DNA of 63,998 bases, filler included, from Octopus bimaculoides (GCF_001194135.2; 3 parts of 3 records of this genome joined end to end with filler, not necessarily neighbours in it), one strand, 5' to 3'. Counted from the whole stretch's first letter, positions 1 to 15,060 are shown. Notes: generated by a model from the sequence alone, not told the origin. Program-made: numbers and translations.

Positions 1-47
<47 letters not shown>

Positions 48-316
48 GCAGTATTCCAGCATGGCCATAGCTTCTGTTTGAAACTGATAATATATAAACA
101 TATATACAACAGGCTTCCACACAATTTTCATTTACCTAATTTACTCACAAATCAATGGTTAGCCTGGAGCTATAATAGGAGACACTTGCCCAAGGTACTA
201 TGCAGTGGAACTGAAGCCAAAAGCATATGGCTGCAAAATGAGCTTCTAAATCACACAATCAAGTATAATATAATTTACAAGGAAAAATAATCAAGCAATA
301 AATAAATAAAACATAC

Positions 317-415
317 CTTTCACTTGAACAAACAGTTCTAGTGGATCCCCTTCAGAACACTGGATATCTTGAAGTTCTCTTATGAATATGGGTGGTTCTA
401 CCTTTGGCTTGGTTG
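317..415 (-). CDS. Exon of I-set Ig-repeat protein (titin/UNC-89/MLCK-like); N-terminal half of an Ig domain
   Basis: cacag acceptor, gtatgt donor, 99 nt, phase 1-1. Encodes (S)TKPKVEPPIFIRELQDIQCSEGDPLELFVQVK(G), the P-x-F-x-x-x-L-x-D...EG start of an I-set domain. Gene continues left of the window. Confidence 0.9.
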
Positions 416-2689
416 CTGTGAAAATACAAAATTCATTTTAAAATATTTTCTCAATGTTTGCAAAAACAAATATATATATATATATCAATAAAAGAAAATT
501 GAAAATGGAGAGACAACATTGTAAAATCCAACCAACATCTTGGAAAAACTGCACTCTCTCTTTAATGAAAGCGTTTAATTATTAGAAAAATCATGAACCA
601 AAATATCAAGATACCCAAATCATGAATATATGACAAGAGTGACAGGGATAATGAATCAATTTCTAATTCATAACAACTTCCTGAAATTCATTAATTACTT
701 AAATCTTTTTAGAAATACAATACGGACAAACCAACTGAGGAGCATTGATACAGTTACTCAATCAATTAGAAATAGCAGCCAAATCTACCATCATTTTACA
801 AAAGAAAAGAAGAAAAAAATTCTAGATAATATGCTCTGGGGTATACAAAACAAGGTGTGGTCACCATTATGATGTCTTTGATCCAAGGTTTGCTCAATGA
901 GTGTTGCCTTGGGACTAAACAAGCAACCAATACAGATTTTGTTATGATTATCACCATCATTTTAATGTCCACTTTGCCATGGTCACATGAGTCAGACAAA
1001 ATTTGTTGAGGCAGATTTTCTATGACTAGATGCTCTTCCTGTCACAGACTCTCACTTATTACCAAGTAAGGTAATATGTTCCCATAACCAAACATGTTTT
1101 CACAGAATATTCGAAATGAAGGACAACGCTTGCATGAAGGTGACACTAGTTTACAAGTATCACACAATGTCAAGGCAAGGAGCAAAAAAAACACAAACAC
1201 ACACCAAGCTTCTTTTAGTTTCCATCTACCAAATTAACTCACAAGGCTTATGTCAGCCCAGGGTTATAGTAAAAAAACGTTTGTTCAAAATTCCATACAG
1301 TGGGACTAAACCCAAAACCATGTGGTAGAGTTTCTCAATCACACAACCATGTCTTCATCTATCAAATGTAGAATTCAGAGAATTAAGATCAAGATAACAA
1401 AAACCAAAACACGAGTTACTAAGGAGTTGAAATTCTAGTATTAAATTAGAAATGCTATTATTCAACTCATAGACACAGAACTTGAAACTGTGAATTAAGC
1501 AGATGTAAAACATATGCAGTTGGAGGGATAAGATGCTCTGGCAGGCTGACAAGGAACCAAAACATCAGATGCAATACATTCAAGACAGTAATTAGCAGTA
1601 GTTAATTAATTGAATGCTAATGAATTGAATTATACGTACTGCCTGAACAATTTACTCTACGTGATTGACAGTGTCTGTTTCCAAAAGATCTAGTTACTGC
1701 TTTGGTGAATGCATAATTCCTAGCATTGTGAAGGCAGAGAAAACGCTCAAAACGCTATTGACTGTGTCAGCAATAACAGGTTTCTTTCTTCATACATAAA
1801 CCAGACTGCATGAAGTATGCAAAAATATGTGGTGTATAAGGTAGCCAGATATGGACAAGGAGTGTAAAGGATCCAAACATTCAGCTAAAGTGTTTGCAAT
1901 AAATACAGAATGGCAATAGTTAAAATCTCAACCAATTAATTCCTGTTTCTGGCTTAATTCAAGCAGAGCTGACTGGAACTGTTCAAACAAAGATATGAAT
2001 TCTCTGTAGGAGTTCATTTACAAGTTTAAAAAGTAGGATCCATCTAAAAATGCAGTTATAAGTAAATCAAAATATGAGAGGAAACTTAATGAGATGCAAA
2101 ACAAATTTTACAGAGAAGTCCTCAGCAAAATTTTTAATACTCAACAGTGTAGCTTAGTATATTCAAAATTGGAGAACTTGAAAAAAATGAAATATCTCAT
2201 TCAAAACTACGTTTTCCTGAGTAAGTTAAGTTGTCTATAAATACAATATAATTATCAAAGTTGGAATAGTGAAATGAAAATAAACATCAAAGAGTATAAA
2301 AAAATTAATTCAAGGCAGACAGACAGAGACACACACACACATACAAAATCACACATATATATATCAAAATTTTTGAAATAAGACCAAAAAAACAAACAAA
2401 ATAACTTTAAAAGAAAATACTGATAATGCTTGAGTTAATCATAAAAGAATTAATATTTCAAATAGTATATGCCTTGGTCCTAAAACCACTTTAATAGCAA
2501 ATTACGGTAAGAAAATAAGTTCTTTATCTTTGTGTTATATTGTTGCAAGATAAATGAATTAGATCAAATTAATTCAACATTTCATCAAATCTTTCCACTG
2601 CCACCAACTCACTAAAATTAAAAAAAAAAAACAATACAAACAGAAAATGTAACTCATCTATCGATAAGCATTTTCGACCACAGACTTAC

Positions 2690-2884
2690 ATTGAACAGTA
2701 AGAACACAAGATGTTTGAACTTCTTCTTTCTTTGATGATATTGCAATGCATTCATAACACCCAATAGCATTTGGCGTAACATTCTTTAATACAAGAACTG
2801 CATTAAAACCATCAAATGTAGATTTGATATCTTGACTTGGAGGCAGTTTATTCCCATCTTTGAACCAATTGACAGAACTTACAT
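2690..2884 (-). CDS. Exon of Ig-repeat protein; C-terminal part of an I-set domain
   Basis: ccccag acceptor, gtaagt donor, 195 nt, phase 1-1. Encodes VSSVNWFKDGNKLPPSQDIKSTFDGFNAVLVLKNVTPNAIGCYECIAISSKKEEVQTSCVLTVQ (WFKDG, G-x-Y-x-C). In frame with both neighbours. Confidence 0.93.
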
Positions 2885-4565
2885 CTGGGGAAAAGATAAA
2901 ATGAAGATTTTGATCATATTATCATTGAAAGAAATTATAAATAAAAGAAAAGCAATTAAATTAACATTTTGAAGTTTCAAAGTTTTAAAGCCATTTATTA
3001 ATCCATAATTTAAACTCAATATAAAAAGGCTGGAAGAAAACATTTGGTGGCAAAGTATTCATGTACTCTACTGCCCTTTATCATTGGTTCCTAAGTTTCC
3101 ACTTTTCAACAAGTAGTTACCATTAAATTTCAATACCCAGTAAGAATATCATATAGCAAGAAAGCAAACAAAAGAAAAACCTCAGTTTAATTTAATTTAT
3201 TGTTATTCTGTACAATGCAGGAGATTTCTGAGAACACGAAAGAGTTCGTTACCAATAAATTAGCATCTAAAAATTAGTCAGCTGCTTCTCTTCCTGAAAA
3301 TGCCAGTATCAGAGACAGGATGAAACATACCCAGAATGCTACATTGAACTACAAACTAACAAATCATTTCTTTTTTTTCTCCTTCCCAACAAAATAATAA
3401 TTAACTCTTTTCTAATCGATAACGACTGGTAACTTTTCTAAAGATTAATCAATTTCTCTAACTCTAAATTATCCCACCAGCAAGTTGAAATGAAGGAAGT
3501 GTAAAATACAAAGAGAAAATAGATTAGAACCAAGCTATTTTCAACAGGTATTTAAATAATGTCGGTTCCTATGGGCCGCAAGGTATTTGGAATGGTTAAA
3601 GAACAGAAAAAGAAATATTGAATAGTTGAGCAAAATACTTTAAGTTTATATTACAGAAATGTTCTTTATTAGCAAAACCAATTACATTCACTCCTGAAAC
3701 ATGTTCAGAACATTTCTTCAAAAAGGGAATATGTTTCCTATATTGGAATATATTATAATTATTTGTCATTAATTTCTGTGATATGTAGAAAAATAGATAC
3801 AGGGTGTGTTCTGAAATAACGTTGCAATCAGGACTTGTTGTAAAGTATTACAATTCTAATGATTCATCATATCTTATTATGATGGGTATTATGGCTGTCT
3901 GTCTGTCTCTTTGTCTGTTCCCTCTTCACGGCCAGTTGGCTGGACCAACCATTATGATATTTTTCGGGATTACAAAGACGGTTGTCAGGAAGGTCTTTAG
4001 CATAAAAAAAATCAGAAAGTATGCTTATTTCGTGGATAACAATTTGTGAATCGATAAACCACCTTCACATCTATTAAAAATTCACCGACCATGAATAACT
4101 CTGGATTTTCATTGTATAATTCATGGCCCCCATCGTAGATACAAAGGGGGTCGTGAGGACAGTTAATAGCAAAAATAAAATGGATACGGTCAGTTTAAAT
4201 GCTGGAGAGTTAAACCCCAAATGTGGTGTGACAAAGCTAACATATTCAATCCATCACTTCAAACTGTCAATAATTAGTTATTTCTCACATAGACACACAG
4301 AAGCATATTTACAGGAATAATTTTTAAATAAGAAATAAACTGTAACAAAATCTTCAAAAGAATAATCTGAAAGAAATTTGTTATGATGCTAATACACTGA
4401 GTTATTCATATAATACAGTTGAGTTATTAACATAAAATAGTTCTTCACACACACACACACACACACACACACGTGTGTGTGTGTGTGGATGCAACATTCA
4501 GATACATTATCAGTGTTGTATCTCTGCAAATTAGAAATTAATGTAGAAAGAAAGGTAATATTTAC

Positions 4566-4682
4566 TTGAGAATTTGCACCTCAATTCAACATTGGTAGCG
4601 CCTTCGTTTACATCAATGTCATGCAGTGGGGTATCAACTTGAGGCTTTTTGGGAGGCAGTGGAGGTGTTGGCTTATAATCCT
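4566..4682 (-). CDS. Exon of Ig-repeat protein; proline-rich linker plus Ig N-terminal half
   Basis: ttttcag acceptor, gtaaat donor, 117 nt, phase 1-1. Encodes (E)DYKPTPPLPPKKPQVDTPLHDIDVNEGATNVELRCKFS(N). Confidence 0.9.
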
Positions 4683-5686
4683 CTGAAAATAACAAAGCAA
4701 ATAAGGGTTTAAACCAAAATATCTTTAAAATATCTCTAAATATGTTGAAGTAAAGTTAAATAGCTACAAACAGTAGTTGTAGTGTTTTCAACAATGTTCT
4801 GTAACAGACCTAATAATCTATATTCTTTTGAAAAGATGAAGCTAATTAGCAAAAAACTATCCAATTATCTGAAACAAATTACCTAAACCCCATTTTTTAT
4901 GGATTCTTGACAAGTGGGAAACTGAAAGTAACCCCCACAGTGCAGCAAATATTGAAAAGGAACTGGAAATTAAATACACAAAAATATTTTATTACTTCTG
5001 ACTAGCAACAAGATTGGAACACAAGTAATTGAATCAACATCAGTATATTGCTGGTATATATATTTTCAAACTGAAAGGATAAAGGTCAAAGTTGAATACA
5101 GAACATACAATAGACACATTCACATGCCACCCCTACTCTTCTTCCTCCACAGAACCAAATCTCCACTTGCTCACTAGCTTCTCTTTTTCTTTCTTCATCT
5201 CCCATCACCTTTCCACCAGTTCTTTTTCCTGTTCTTTCCTTTCATTCCTTTTTCCTGATGAAAGACTAGATTCCAGAAACATGAAAGCTCTTTTCTTTCC
5301 TTTTAATTGTTATACTAATCTTGCCTTTGTTAAAACTTGTCCCTCTCATTTTGTCTTCATTTTCTGCTCGTTACCTATCACAAAATCTACAATTTATGGC
5401 TATATAACATCATCATTGTTCTCACGTCCACTTTTCCATGCTTGCATACATCAGACAAATTTTATTGTGGCAGATCTTTTATGGCTTGATGCCTTTACTG
5501 CAGTTAATTTTTACCTGTGTCTGAGCAAGGATATATTTCCCCATAGCTAGATATGTTTTTCTTACAGAATATTGGAAATGCTTCTATGACAGCAACACTC
5601 ATTTACAACTATCAGTATCAAGACAAGGAGACAAACATACAAACACACACACCCACACAGAGACACATTTTATATACTAGCATGTG

Positions 5687-5717
<31 letters not shown>

Positions 5718-8470
5718 ACACGCAGGCATGCGCAGACACACGACAGGCTTCTTTCAGTTTTTATTTACTGAATCTACTAACAAGGCTTTGGTCAACCCAA
5801 GACAATTGCCTGAAGTGCTACGCAGTGGGACTGAACTTGAAATTGTGTGGTTTGGAAGCAAACTTCTTAATCACACAGTCATGCCATCACCTATATTTAA
5901 CTTTTAATTAAAATAATACAGTCTACTATTAAAATATTAGTTATTTATATGAAGGTAGCTAATTGGGAAAGTTGTTAGAGCAATGAATAGGATACTTTAT
6001 GTAATGTGCTATTTGTTGCAACTCTCTCCACTCTGAGTTCAAATCTCACCATGGTCAGCTTTGACTTTCATCCTTTCAGAGTTGATAAATAAAAGCATCA
6101 GTCCAGAACAGTGAACTAGAGTTGTTAAAGCATTAGATATGATGTCTTGTGGCATTTGTTCATGTTCTGACTGCAACTTGTTATGACAACACTGGTACCA
6201 AAGCTGTACTAGCACCTGCATTCCCTGGACGACTACTGGCTTTCCTGTGTCTTGCAGTAAAGCTCTTACAAGGTACAGATTCAAAGTTGCATTAGACACA
6301 GAAGACTCCATATTTTCTTTTTTTTAAATTTTAACGTATAAAATTTCTAGCACTTTGTCAGTTATAACAAAGAGGGTTCTAGTTGATTCAATCAATCTAA
6401 CAACCTGCTCATGAAATTAACATGCAAGTGGTTAAGCATCCCCCAGGCATGCATACCCTTAATGCAGTTCCCAGGAGGATTCAGTGTGAAACACAATGTG
6501 ATATGGCTGACCCTTTGAATCACAGGTACTACTCATTTTGCCAGCTAGATAAAAAAATTACTTTCTTGAGGTGAGGAAGTTTACACTTGCTCTTGGAAAC
6601 AATTTCTGTTTCCTGAATTCTTTTATTCTTTTACTTGTTTCAGTCACTGGATTGTGACCATGTAGAGGGTCTTGGAATACTTAGTTACACAAATTGACCC
6701 CAGCCCCTTAAAGTTTCATACTTATTCTTTTAGTCATTTTTTACTGAACTTCTAAGGTATGGAGGCATAAACCAATACCTTATAAGCAAATGTAGTTGGT
6801 GGAAATTAGTAACTAGAAGTGTGTCATATATATATATATATATATATANNNNNNNNNNNNNNNNNNNNNNNNNNNNNNNNNNNNNNNNNNNNNNNNNNNN
6901 NNNNNNNNNNNNNNNNNNNNNNNNNNNNNNNNNNNNNNNNNNNNNNNNCTACATTTGCTTACAAGGTATTGGTTAGCCTATAGCTATGATAAAGGATAGT
7001 TGCCAAAGGTACTGCACATTGAGATTCAACCTGAAACCATGCAGTTACAACAAACTTCTTTACCACATAACCATGTCTGCACCTAAATAGCAATCTTATA
7101 TGTTTGACTTACTATATTTGATGTTGTAAAAGATGCATGAGCATATTAGACACAGCCCAACTTCAGCAGAGCATTTCCAAGAAAAAAATGTTTTTATTGA
7201 ATTAAAACATGTAATATTTAAAGCAATCCAAATATAGCAAGCTGGCAGAATTGTTATGTCAGGCAAAATGTTTAGCAGCATTTTGTTCATCTTTATGTTC
7301 TGAGTTCAAATTCCACCAAGATTGATTTTGCTTTACATCCTTTCGGGATTGATATAATAAGTATCAGTTGAACAGCATGGTCGATGTAATCAGCTTAGCC
7401 CCCTCCCCCGAACCTGCCAGCCTTGTTCCAAATTTTGAAACAAATATTTACAGCAATCTAGCAATACATTACAAAAGTACTTTGATTATAGGGAAAAAAA
7501 AAAAAAAAAAAAAAATGAAACTAAATAGAAGAGGTCATTTGTATTAAAAATAACCTATAATAGTGTCAGAGTCAACATGAGCTTTTGGGCAGCTCAGCTT
7601 CATAAACAGAAGATGGGCAAATTGTTTTGAGACTTATATTTTAAAAGTGTCTTAGATGCCATCAAATACAGTACTCTAAAATATTAAATAGTTGAAGAAA
7701 GAAACACACATTTTATATTAAACAAGCACAATTAGGGTTTGAAGTATAGTGAGCAAGACACAAAGCCCTAGAGAATCTAACCTAAAATTAAATGAAAGGA
7801 AACAATTCACAAATATTAATGCCAGAAAGTGTGACACAAAGAAATTCAAAGACTTAACTAATAACAAAACAGCACTACTAATAACAAGAACAAACAGAAA
7901 TATACAATGTATATGAAATTTTACCCAATAAGTTATTTTTTTGTGCATTAAAAATCTATTTCCAAGAACTTCTATAATAGAAAGGAATACAGAACACCTA
8001 TAAAATTCTTAACTTTAAAAAATGTATACAATTCATCCAGTTTATGTCATAAAAACAAAGAAATAGAAAAATATACATAACAGAAAGCATTTTTGCATTG
8101 TCAGTTTTCATTTTTAAACAGGTTTATGTCATTTCTGTATTCTGCATTCCAATCCCATGGTTCATAATTATTATCAGCAAAATCTATCGCATACCTTGCT
8201 TTAGATCAACATCAAGATGGAAAAAAAAACTGTACTCTAATATGTACATACATATACTTCCACAAAAAGCTTTAAGTAAAGACTCATTGAAAAAAATAGG
8301 GTGATATACTCACACAGATATAGCCAGTTATATTCATAAAATTACTTACACATATGTTAATGAGGGTTTTTTTTAATGTAGAATCATATATAAAAACAAT
8401 CAAACATTAAGTCAATATCAAATACATTTCAGTAGAGTATAAATTTATAATCACTCAACTTTGGCTCTAG

Positions 8471-8513
<43 letters not shown>

Positions 8514-9084
8514 CACATACACACACACATTCTGATATAAAAGCAGAAAACACTGCAAAACTTTTTGATTTCCTCCCCCCATATATATATATATATATAT
8601 ATNNNNNNNNNNNNNNNNNNNNNNNNNNNNNNNNNNNNNNNNNNNNNNNNNNNNNNNNNNNNNNNNNNNNNNNNNNNNNNNNNNNNNNNNNNNNNNTTTT
8701 TTTTTTTTTTGTTCTTTCAGTTTGAGGTTTCTAAAGATTTATGTGCAAACCACTTTTCACTAACTTTTGTAGTCAATTTTTATCCATTTTATGTAATTTG
8801 ATTGGGATTTTAGGCATCATAGCTTCTATGAAAAGGAAGCAAACATTTGTCACATTCTAAAAAGGAAAAAAATGTATTCAATCTGAAAGCGTTGTAGAAT
8901 TAGTGCCGGAATGCCCAAGTAATCAATAAATGTTTGCAGATTGATAAATCTTTGCATTAGCAGGAGAGATTTCAGTTACTAACTTTAACATTAATGGTGT
9001 GTATCAGAGTCTAAAATAATTTGAAAAATCTGAAAACCAATTTTTAGGTCTATTAAAGAAAATCTAAAATAACTTAAAGCTATA

Positions 9085-9330
9085 ATCGAAGCATCCCAGA
9101 AAGCAATCACAAAAAGACAAAATATTATATAATAGATGTAACAGGTCTTGATTACTGGGATCAGCTTGAGAAGCTCAAAATATGCTCCTTCCAATGAGTG
9201 CTATATTGTGTGATATGGAAAATATTCCATCAACATTGCCCAAATGATGATGTCAGTATCAACTTCAAAATTCACTGAAGGCTTGGTCCCTACTGTCATC
9301 TGTCCTTCACAAAAATTGTGCATGTTTCAC
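9085..9330 (+). mobile_element. CR1/L2-like LINE 3' relic
   Basis: IEASQKAITK...GLDYWDQLEKLKICSFQ*...WKIFHQHCPND..FKIH*RLG resembles the post-RT LxYxxRLxxLxLxSL motif. Confidence 0.6.
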
Positions 9331-10779
9331 ATCACAACATTAAGACAGGACTATTACTCTTTTCTACTCTAGGCACAAGGCCTGAAATATTTTGAGGGGA
9401 GGGGGGCCAGTGAATTAGATCCCCCCCCCCCAGTATGCAACTGGTACTTAATTTATCGACCCAGAAAGGATGAAAGGCAAAGTTAATCTCAGCAGAATTT
9501 GAACTCAGAATGTAAAGACAGAAAAAATACCGCTAAGCATTTCACCCAGTTTGCTAATGTTTCTGCCAATTCACCACCAAGACAACTATTATTTCAGTTC
9601 AATTGGCCCTGCTCTCTCCAACATTATGCTAAGAGATGTAAAAGAAGGAAAAGATCTTGTAACATTCAAAGAGGTTCTTGGATTAATTCCCCCAACAAAT
9701 TCCAGATAAACCACTTACACCTGGATATACTTCTGCACACAATAACTCTTTTCTCAAATGAGTTATAGTACCCAAAGTATGAAGCATAATTAAATGTCTT
9801 CTCGGGTGGTGCTATTAAATTACTTAAGGTCTGAGCTAATTTGATCTCAGTATGTCACAAATGAGTATGATTTGGTACCATGCTTTTGTTAAATTGTTTT
9901 CAGTGCCTATGTATCTGAGAGATAATATAAACACTCTCTGAGCCCTCCCACCCTACAAAAGACCTAGCAGAACAAACAGGACATGACAGGAGAGAGGGCT
10001 GCACCAGTACTCAGCAGTAATTTCAGCAGAGTAGACTAATGTGAAATTAAGAGTTTTGCTCAAGAACAATGCACTACCTAATCCATGTTTTTGAAGCTGC
10101 ATTTAATAACTGTAAGCGTGACACTGTGGCCATTGGGCCATGTAATACTGAGGCACTGCTTTCAAAGACCTAAGTCGATCACATTGAGTGTAGTTCTTTT
10201 TTCAGTCTGGTACTTATTTCTTGAATGGTTAAATTATCATTTGACATTAAGGGAGGCAAACACAGTACACCAATTTACACCAGAATACATACAAACAACA
10301 TTCAAATACACAGTACATTTTTATGATTTGAAGACACCTTAGCTGTATGACTAAAGATACCTGTATGCACACACATGATAGGCTACTGAAATTTCTGGTA
10401 ACCAACTTCCACTTACAAGAAATTGATCAACAAAAGACTACAGTGAAAAGACAAATATGTGTCTAAGGATACTGTATAGTGGAATTGAATCTAGAACCAT
10501 GTGGTTGCAAAGGCTTCTCAACCACACAGCTGACCTCATGCCAATTAATATTTTTTTATTACTTTCATGTAAGCACTGATGCTTTAGAACAGAGTAAAAA
10601 ATTAAATATGATGCACATATTATATTTTCAAAGGCACAAACAATCCAAATAAAAAGACTGCAACCAAAAATTCAAAACTGAGTCTAAGTCAGTTCAAAGA
10701 TGACTTCTTGTTCAACAGTACTTAAGTACTCACCATATTTTGATGGAATTAACATTTACACCAATAATCTTGTATTTGC

Positions 10780-11220
10780 AGTAAAAATACAGTCATATTT
10801 TCTTTATCCCTTTCATCAATATTCTCATTGTATGGCCACTGTACATGTATATCTTTGGTCAAGTCAGGGATTTCATCACATGCTGATGACACCTGCTACT
10901 GATATCAGGTGAAAAAGTACTACTTGTTCCATGGTCAGGTGAGCAGCTCCCAAACCAGCTCCTCCACTTGAGTAGCTTGCTCCTTTTATGAGGAGGATGT
11001 CTGGACACCCAGCAGGACTAAATGCAAGATCTGCTGAAGGGCAGATGAACTCCTTGTGGGCCAACAGCCAGCCAGAATGGGAAAGCAATGGCAAACCACT
11101 CTAATATTTCTACCAAAGAAGCACTAAAAGTAAGAACAATATGGAAGAACTTGCACTTAGTCAAGAAGACTTTCATTGTAGTGTCATCAATGCACTGGAG
11201 GTGTACAACACATGGTAACG
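10780..11220 (+). mobile_element. Highly degenerate LINE relic, possibly RTE 3' end
   Basis: GC-richer island with stop-riddled frames loosely resembling RTE C-terminal motifs (GFHH..., GKPL*YF, MEELAL). Weak. Confidence 0.35.
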
Positions 11221-11835
11221 ACATGTATATCACTCACTAGTATTAATAACAATGTTCCTATTATACTGATTTATGTTTGTTAGACTCTGCACACAATGTT
11301 TTGATAGGTGGTAAAGTCTACTGATGAATATTTTAATTATGAACAGATAAATGAAAGACAAAATCAAATCTAGTAGGGCTTGAACTCAAAGCTATGAAAT
11401 AGAAAACAAAATACTGTGAAGCAGCACTTGCTTCATTCTAGTATCTCTTCATATATCTCTACAAGAATATTAAATAAAGACAACTGAACAAAATAATTAT
11501 GTAATACAAGACATTTTCACATGCCAAAATAAATCTTTTGAATATGAAGTATTAATCTTGTATTTTAATAACAGGGAAAATACTTTAACAAGGAACAAAT
11601 GACTAATAATTTAAAACAAAAATAAAATGACAGGAAAACATAAAAATTAGAATCATGACATTACATTGAAAACACATAAATGTTGGACTAACAAAACTAA
11701 AAGCAACACACCAGACACAATAATCAATACAATGATCACAAATACCTACAGTTGTAAATGAATAACAGTTATAATAATTAGTATAATTATCTGCACTATT
11801 ATTTATTGTTTGTGTGTGTATATGTAAATATAATT

Positions 11836-11877
<42 letters not shown>

Positions 11878-14402
11878 GTTCAGACATACAGAAAGAGAGA
11901 GAATTAGAAACTAAGGTAAAAATTAAAATGTGTGAGATGTCCATGAGAGTTCTGACTTGGTCTGTCATAACCCATCCTCCCATGCCAGCATGGAAAGTGG
12001 ATTCTCCATTTACATATCTCTAACTGCATGCATGTCCATTATCAACAACATTTTATGGTTGTTTCTCTATGTTGGCATGGCTTGAAATAGTTTACTTCAA
12101 CACAATGCTTATTTCCTTTATGAGGTTTGAAACTGGGTTCAAACCTCACCAGTTCTCCCCATGACCTTCTTAATCTCTTTACTAGATGGCAAACAGCTGA
12201 GTTGAAAGAACACTCTGCAACCAGCTGAGAGACTGACAGTTTGTATCCAGTCAGCAGCACTGCATTAAGACCATCATCCAAGATCACCTAATCTATAAGA
12301 AACAAAACCACAAGTAAAAATATAAACAAACTATCATGGGACTTATTCTGCAGTGCTGAGTTCTCTACAACCTATAGATCCAGGTGAATCACACTCAAAC
12401 TTGAGTTGTTCAACCATCTCAGACTGCCTCTATTCTTTGATTCTGCCTCCTGTGGATCAAACTACAATTAGTACATTATTATGGTTTTTGTGCAACATCT
12501 GATTCTACATTAACCCTTAAATGATAGGTATCATCAATTGATATTTCATTAGAGAACAGTGGACGACATGAACTGATGTTTCAAAAATTTTAGACGGATA
12601 CAACAATTATCAATTGACACCCAAGTATCTCTTTTGTCGAATGCACCTAAACATAAATGGCCCATATCGAGGGGAAAAATCAAATTGCAAATGAATATTT
12701 ATGCAGCAATACAAGAAATTTTTTTTGACTTCATCATCATCATCAGATGAAGAATATGATAAAGATTATACACTAGATAGCACAAAGCAGAAGAAAGTGA
12801 TGCTTCAATTAGCTCTGGATTGAAAAAGTGCATCAATTTTACTCAATTTTTACATTCATTTGATAACAATAATGGGAGAGTCTCAAATGAATTTATACTC
12901 AAATGATTTTATTGCCCTTTTGTCTTTATTTTTGTAATCTAAGAGAGTTAAAATATTTTCATAGTTTTTGTACTTATATAAAGTAAAAAGAAGTATAAAA
13001 ATTACCATTAAGAAAAACAAGGTATTTTTTACTTTTTGCTTGTTCAGCTCAAGCATTCATGCAAACCTTTTCCCTCTATTGAAGGATTATGTTCATAATG
13101 ACACCCACTACATGTCCTTAGCTATGATGAATAGCCATTGTGTGTGTGTGTGTGTGATTTCAATTTTAAGTAAACAAAATTGTTTACATATTATAAAACT
13201 ATTTTATTCTAAATCTAAAAGTATTAGCTCATTAGTATGCAAAAACAAAAGGATTATTAGAAAAATTCTAAGAGATATTAAGTTGTTTCTTTTGGGAGGT
13301 ATGCAATGTCCTTTAATTGAATTAAAAGAAGGGACAGGGATGAACATCAAGACAATTACAACAAAAAGATCACAACCAGCACTTACTTCTAAGAATATTA
13401 TGCTAATATTGTTCCACGGTAACTGTTCAACTATTTGTTCTGAAACATTATACATAATATTTGAAAATTGGATCCATATATCCACATTTTAGGTACAGTT
13501 CACTCACTCACATAATCCATGAATGGAAGATGGGTGGATATTTTTGAATATTGTTTTTAGATTAAAAAATTTAAAAAAACATGTGAATTAATCTCAGTAT
13601 AGAATAATGTTTTCCTAGTTTTATAGATGAGAGGTCAATCATTAAATTAAAAACCATTTAATTACAAGTCATATGCCATTTTGGCACATTACCACAAAAT
13701 CAATTCTCCTGCAAACTCTGATTGAAACCAAGAAATAAAAAAGAAAACTAGTACAGACCGTTAGTGATTAAATATGAATTCTACAGACAAAACAGTCAAC
13801 ATATAACAACTTAATTATTGCAACTCCAATGATATTCAGATTTTATTTTTTTTGCTCTTTTTCTTTTATATGATAAATATTTTAAGAGATTATATGATAG
13901 GGGTCTATTAAAAATATGAAAAGCACAAGACAATCAGATTATGCATAGCTATAAAATAAACATTATCATGCTAACTACTCAAAACTTACGATTCAAATTA
14001 CGTAGTGAAGTAGGAAAATACTTATCATGTGAATCAATATATAATAGACAATACATTGAAACAACAGTAAAACAAATATATTACGTAATATGAGGTATAT
14101 TTGTTTTAGGAAGTAATATGAGTCAGCTACAATTGATATTGAGTTTCTATAAATGTACTAGATCTACGGTAAGAAATGTTAGAGAGGTCATCCAACATCG
14201 TTTTAATGTCCACTTTTCTATACTTGCAGGGTTTGGACAGAATTCATTGGGGAAGATTTTCTACAGCTGGATGCCCTTCCTGTCACCAATCCTAAGTCGT
14301 TTCCAAGCAAGGTAATATTTCCCCATGACCAGATGTTTTCATGGAACACTGAAAATAAAGGGCAATGCTTGCATAACAACAGTGACACTCATTTACAATT
14401 AT

Positions 14403-15060
14403 TGTGTGGTTGGCGTTAGGAAGGGCATCCAGCTGTAGAAACTCTGCCAAATCAGATTGGAGCCTGGTGTAGCCATCTGGTTCACCAGTCCTGTCAAATC
14501 GTCCAACCCATGCTAGCATGGAAAGCGGATGTTAAACGACGACGTGTCCTATCAAGAAAAGGAGACAGTAACACATGCATGCACACACACACACTTGTGT
14601 GCATATTGTTCGAGTGAGATTGTTACCAGTGCCGCTGGACTGGCTCCTATGCAGGACATGAAACGCAGCTTGTGAAGACCTGTTGGGGCAAACGAAATCG
14701 TGATGACACCTGTGCCCAGCGTCACCTTCCTGGCACTTGTGCCGGTGGCATGTGTAAAGACATTTGAGCGAGAATGTGCCAGTGCCACTGGACTGGCTCC
14801 TGTGCAGGTGGCATGTAAAATACACCATTTTGAGCGTGGCCGTTGCCAGTACCACCTGACTGGCCTTCGTGCCGGTGGCACATAAAAGCATCCACTACAC
14901 TCTCGGAGTGGTTGGCGTTAGGAAAGGCATCCTGCTGTAGAAACTCTGCCAAATCAGATTGGAGCCTGGTGCAGCCATCCGGTTCACCAGTCCTCAGTCA
15001 AATCGTCCAACCCATGCTAGCATGGAAAGCGGACGTTAAATAATGATGATGATGATGATG
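14403..15060 (+). mobile_element. RTE-tail repeat family, two partial copies in tandem
   Basis: Ends CCCATGCTAGCATGGAAAGCGGACGTTAAA(TGA)n. The ~130-bp 3' end occurs at both 14403-14545 and 14910-15060. Confidence 0.8.

Noticed and set aside
3798-4290. Possible Tc1/mariner relic starting TACAGGGTGTGTTC
   Set aside because: The second TIR is weak and I could not read catalytic motifs, so it is not listed as a feature.
10733-10880. Possible extra minus-strand exon with gtgagt donor at 10732
   Set aside because: The longer frames contain stops, there is no Ig or SNX8 similarity, and the region looks like a LINE relic.
12510-12951. Possible piggyBac relic (TTAACCCTTAAATG start, acidic SSSSDEEY-like stretch)
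   Set aside because: The right TIR does not match convincingly and there are no transposase motifs.
12968-13492. 174-aa ORF and similar hydrophobic or low-complexity ORFs (5092, 11603, 29211)
   Set aside because: AT-rich or microsatellite-driven frames, or LINE antisense frames, with no recognisable domain or splice support.
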